Positions 29,149-32,000 of a stretch of DNA of 32,000 bases are shown here, one piece after another. The DNA lies in NCBI GenBank assembly GCA_026625185.1, contig CP113000.1, positions 1,125,622 through 1,157,621 of the forward strand, written 5' to 3'. Below the pieces are notes generated by a model. The model did not search any database. It saw nothing but the letters and a program-made list of their open reading frames with translations, and was not told the origin of the DNA. Source of the DNA: Thermodesulfobacteriota bacterium. Its GTDB lineage: Bacteria > Desulfobacterota > WTBG01 > JAGOGO01. Every line of letters begins with the position of its first letter. Position 1 is the stretch's first letter. Both the position numbers and the translations under genes were made by a program.

Positions 29149-29559
29149 ATGGCAGACGTGATCCATTTAGATATTCTTACCCCAGAAAAAACGGTGTTTA
29201 GTGATTCAATAGAAGCGGTTACCGCACCGGGAACGCTTGGAGAGTTTGGCGTTTTGCCCGGACACGCTGCCTTGGTTACTACTTTAGAAATAGGAGAAGT
29301 AGTAATAAAAAAAGATAATCGTGAATATTGGGTAGCTATTAGTGGTGGATTTGCCGAGGTGGGAAATGACAAAGTGACTATTTTGGCAGAAGCCGCTGAG
29401 CCAGCCCAGGAAATTGACATAAAAAGAGCAGAAGCCGCAAAAATTCAAGCCGAAGAAAAACTCAAAAACTTGTCCTCCGACAAAAGCGAATTTTCAGAGC
29501 AGGTTTTCGCTTTAAAAAGAGCTACTAATAGAATAAAAGTTTCTGCCCGAAAACCCTAA
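29149..29559 (+). CDS. atpC: F-type ATP synthase F1 subunit epsilon
   Basis: 136 aa. LDILTPEKTVFSDSIEAVTAPGTLGEFGVLPGHAALVT is typical of epsilon. Confidence 0.93.
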   Translation: MADVIHLDILTPEKTVFSDSIEAVTAPGTLGEFGVLPGHAALVTTLEIGEVVIKKDNREYWVAISGGFAEVGNDKVTILAEAAEPAQEIDIKRAEAAKIQAEEKLKNLSSDKSEFSEQVFALKRATNRIKVSARKP

Positions 29560-29571
29560 GTAGCTGGAAGG

Positions 29572-30657
29572 ATGGAGAAACGGTTTAATGAGAAAAAAAG
29601 GATCGACCGAGCGCTTCAGATTTTAAAAAAGGAGAAGGTTGAAGCTCTGTTAATAAATGACCTGACCGACATTAGATACCTCAGTGGTTTCTCAGGAGAT
29701 GAAGCCTCCGCGCTGATAGCGCCGGAGGCTCTTTTTTTACTCGTTGATTCCCGCTTTACTGCCCAGGCAAAGCTCGAATCGCATTTTTTCCAAACTCTTA
29801 AAATTTCCAAGCGGATTGAAGACACCATAACGTTGATTAACCGTCTTAAAATAAAAAAGGCGGGATTTGACCCACATACAATTTCATACGCTGACTTCAG
29901 ACAATTTGAAAAAGGACTTACGAAAACAGCGCTTGTCTCTGTTGAAGAAGGGTTGCGTCTGTTAAGGGTAAGAAAAGAAAAAGAAGAGGTTAAGACTATT
30001 CGCCAGGCGATCACCATTTCCACCCGGGGATTCCAAAAAATGAAGGAGAAGATAAAAGTCGGACTTACTGAAAAAGAACTTGCCAATATCTATGAATCTG
30101 AGGTAAAAAAAGCGGGGGCGGATAAATTAGCGTTTGATACGATTGTCGCCAGCGGAGCAAGGTCAGCTTTGCCCCATGGCGTTGCCAGTGAAAAAAAAAT
30201 CGGAGCCAGGGAATTGATTATGATAGACTTTGGCATTTACTGTCAGGGATACTGTAGCGACGAGACATGCACCGTCGTGACCGGAACCCCCACCGCAAAA
30301 CAAAAGGAAATTTTTTCTATTGTCAAAAACGCTCATGATCGAGCGATTGAGAAAATTAAGCCGGGCATTTCTTCTCAGGAGATAGACAAAGCCGCTCGAA
30401 GCTATATCGCAAAAAAGGGATTTGAAAAATATTTTGCGCACGGGACTGGCCACGGAGTGGGGCTCTGCGTGCATGAGGAGCCACGCATTTCTTCCTTGAA
30501 AAAACAGATTCTGGAAGAAGGCATGGTTTTTACCGTTGAACCGGGAATTTATCTGCCCCAATGGGGGGGCGTGAGGATTGAAGATATGGTTGTGGTGACC
30601 AAAAGCGGCTGTGAGGTGCTTACCCTTGTGCCAAAACAGTTAGAGATCATAAATTAG
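29572..30657 (+). CDS. M24B Xaa-Pro aminopeptidase/dipeptidase
   Basis: A creatinase-like N-domain plus the pita-bread metal ligands (MIDFG...YCSD, HGTGHGVGLCVHEEP, VEPGIY, RIED). The pairing with a downstream efp is conserved. Confidence 0.9.
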   Translation: MEKRFNEKKRIDRALQILKKEKVEALLINDLTDIRYLSGFSGDEASALIAPEALFLLVDSRFTAQAKLESHFFQTLKISKRIEDTITLINRLKIKKAGFDPHTISYADFRQFEKGLTKTALVSVEEGLRLLRVRKEKEEVKTIRQAITISTRGFQKMKEKIKVGLTEKELANIYESEVKKAGADKLAFDTIVASGARSALPHGVASEKKIGARELIMIDFGIYCQGYCSDETCTVVTGTPTAKQKEIFSIVKNAHDRAIEKIKPGISSQEIDKAARSYIAKKGFEKYFAHGTGHGVGLCVHEEPRISSLKKQILEEGMVFTVEPGIYLPQWGGVRIEDMVVVTKSGCEVLTLVPKQLEIIN

Positions 30658-30668
30658 GAGGTTAAACG

Positions 30669-31229
30669 ATGTATTCCACCAGTGATTTTCGGCGGGGACT
30701 GAAAATAGAATTAGAGGGAACGCCTTACAGTATTGTCGAGTTTCAGCACGTAAAGCCGGGGAAGGGCGGTGCCTTTGTCCGGACAAAATTAAAAAATCTG
30801 GGCACCGGCAGGGTTATTGAACGGACATTTCGATCGGGCGAAAAAGTTGACAAGCCCGACCTGGAAGAAAAATCCATGCAGTATCTTTACGCCGAGGGCA
30901 AGCAGTATAATTTTATGGACTTAGAAAGCTACGAGCAGACATTTTTAACCGAAGATCAGTTGGGAGACAGCAAAAACTACCTTCAGGAAAATATAACCAT
31001 CACCGCCCTTTTTCATCAAGGAAAGGTCATTGGGGTTGAAGTGCCGATGTTTGTTGAGCTTACGGTTGCCAAGACCGACCCCGGCGTCCGCGGCGACACC
31101 GCCAGCGGCGGAAGCAAACCAGCCACCATGGAAACCGGCGCGGTAATTCAAGTGCCTCTTTTTATCAACGAAGGCGATAAGATAAGAATTGACACCCGCA
31201 CCGGGGAATACATGGAACGGATAAGTTAA
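30669..31229 (+). CDS. efp: Elongation factor P
   Basis: FRRGLKIELEGTPYSIVEFQHVKPGKGGAFVRTKLKNL with the modified-loop Lys (KPGKG). 186 aa. Confidence 0.97.
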   Translation: MYSTSDFRRGLKIELEGTPYSIVEFQHVKPGKGGAFVRTKLKNLGTGRVIERTFRSGEKVDKPDLEEKSMQYLYAEGKQYNFMDLESYEQTFLTEDQLGDSKNYLQENITITALFHQGKVIGVEVPMFVELTVAKTDPGVRGDTASGGSKPATMETGAVIQVPLFINEGDKIRIDTRTGEYMERIS

Positions 31230-31233
31230 TAGA

Positions 31234-32000
31234 TTAAAATTCTCCTGCCGGTCGTTTGTGCCGACCGCATTGCACCCGCAAGTCTTTGCCATCAATATAT
31301 AGCGTTATCGCTCCATCCAGGTCGGTTCGATAAAAAGCGCACTCCTTTTTCCGAAAACGCTGGATAACGTCAGGATGGGGGAGGTTAAAAGAATTTCGAA
31401 AACCCACGGAGCAGACAGCCACCAAGGGGCCGACTGAGTCAATAAAAGGAATACTGTTTGAGGTCGAACTCCCATGATGGGCGATTTTCAGCACATCTGC
31501 AGAAAGGTCCTTTCCGCTTTTTAACAGCATGTTTTCCGCCTCAATTCCAATATCCCCCGAAAAAAGAACGCCACTATTGCCATAGGCAAATTTAATAACC
31601 AGCGATTGGTTATTGCGCCGCTCGTCTTTGCCTTTTCCCGATCCTGAATAAGCCGGCGGAGGGTGGAGAACATCAATGTTTACCTTCTGAATCAGCAAAC
31701 GCGGGGATGCGCCGGAAAGTTTGCGCACAACTATTTTCTTCTGTGCCAGAATTTTTTCCAATTCCAAAAAATGGGGATCATCAATTTTATCTTTATTGGT
31801 CCAGAATTCTTTAATTGAAAAATTTTTGGCTAGGTAGATAAGTCCATCGAAATGGTCAGGGTGGGGATGGCTAAGCACCAAATAATCTATACGCAAAATT
31901 CCTTGCCCTAAAAGAAAGGGAGCAACAATATTTTTTCCGGTATCAAAATCTCCATTGGGAAAACCCCCGCCATCAATGAGCATGGTTTTTCCCTCCGGAA
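31234..32000 (-). CDS. comEC: ComEC/Rec2 family protein, C-terminal metallo-beta-lactamase domain (5' part outside the window)
   Basis: LIDGGG..., LVLSHPHPDHFDGL (the HxHxDH motif) and KIAHHGSSTS. The frame remains open to the window edge upstream of the listed Met. Confidence 0.85.
   Translation of the reverse strand, partial: PEGKTMLIDGGGFPNGDFDTGKNIVAPFLLGQGILRIDYLVLSHPHPDHFDGLIYLAKNFSIKEFWTNKDKIDDPHFLELEKILAQKKIVVRKLSGASPRLLIQKVNIDVLHPPPAYSGSGKGKDERRNNQSLVIKFAYGNSGVLFSGDIGIEAENMLLKSGKDLSADVLKIAHHGSSTSNSIPFIDSVGPLVAVCSVGFRNSFNLPHPDVIQRFRKKECAFYRTDLDGAITLYIDGKDLRVQCGRHKRPAGEF

Noticed and set aside
31249-31267. Hairpin CGGTCG-tttgtgc-CGACCG as an efp terminator in the 4-nt convergent gap region between efp and comEC
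   Set aside because: The stem is only 6 bp, no T-run follows on the plus strand, and it lies inside the comEC coding end. Not enough for a terminator call.

Overview
This window reads as a core-genome segment of a moderately AT-rich bacterium, taxon not assignable from sequence alone. It is mostly housekeeping operons, and I could not find a convincing novel multi-gene system. Gene order: a MoxR-like AAA+ ATPase (5' truncated by the window edge) with a VWA partner; cysS and uvrB (ATGA overlap); an aldehyde/succinate-semialdehyde dehydrogenase and a Sir2-type deacylase. Next comes about 800 bp of decayed, non-coding DNA. On the minus strand follow tRNA-Glu(CUC), rbfA, a DUF503 gene, infB, nusA, rimP and tRNA-Gly(CCC). 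Back on the plus strand are mreB-mreC-mreD-mrdA-rodA, an isolated and very AT-rich dnaN, a complete F-type ATP synthase cluster (atpI-like, AtpZ-like, a, c, b', b, delta, alpha, gamma, beta, epsilon), an M24 Xaa-Pro peptidase and efp. A convergent comEC 3' end runs off the window. I saw no CRISPR array and no intact mobile element. The observations worth a second look are small-scale: (1) a frameshifted N-terminal relic of a Cas3-type HD nuclease next to tRNA-Glu; (2) a GC-rich four-hairpin element with flanking direct repeats between DUF503 and rbfA; (3) tRNA-Gly plus two tandem intrinsic terminators leading rimP-nusA-infB; (4) a short IS5/IS1182-like transposase relic upstream of mreB; (5) an orphan, low-GC dnaN abutting atpI with no spacer; (6) a conserved-looking AtpZ-like frame with no ATG/GTG/TTG start; (7) ATP synthase c and b subunits with signal-peptide-like N-termini, and a partial Na+-type ion-site signature in c. 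All functional calls rest on my recognition of motifs in the supplied translations. No database search was run.
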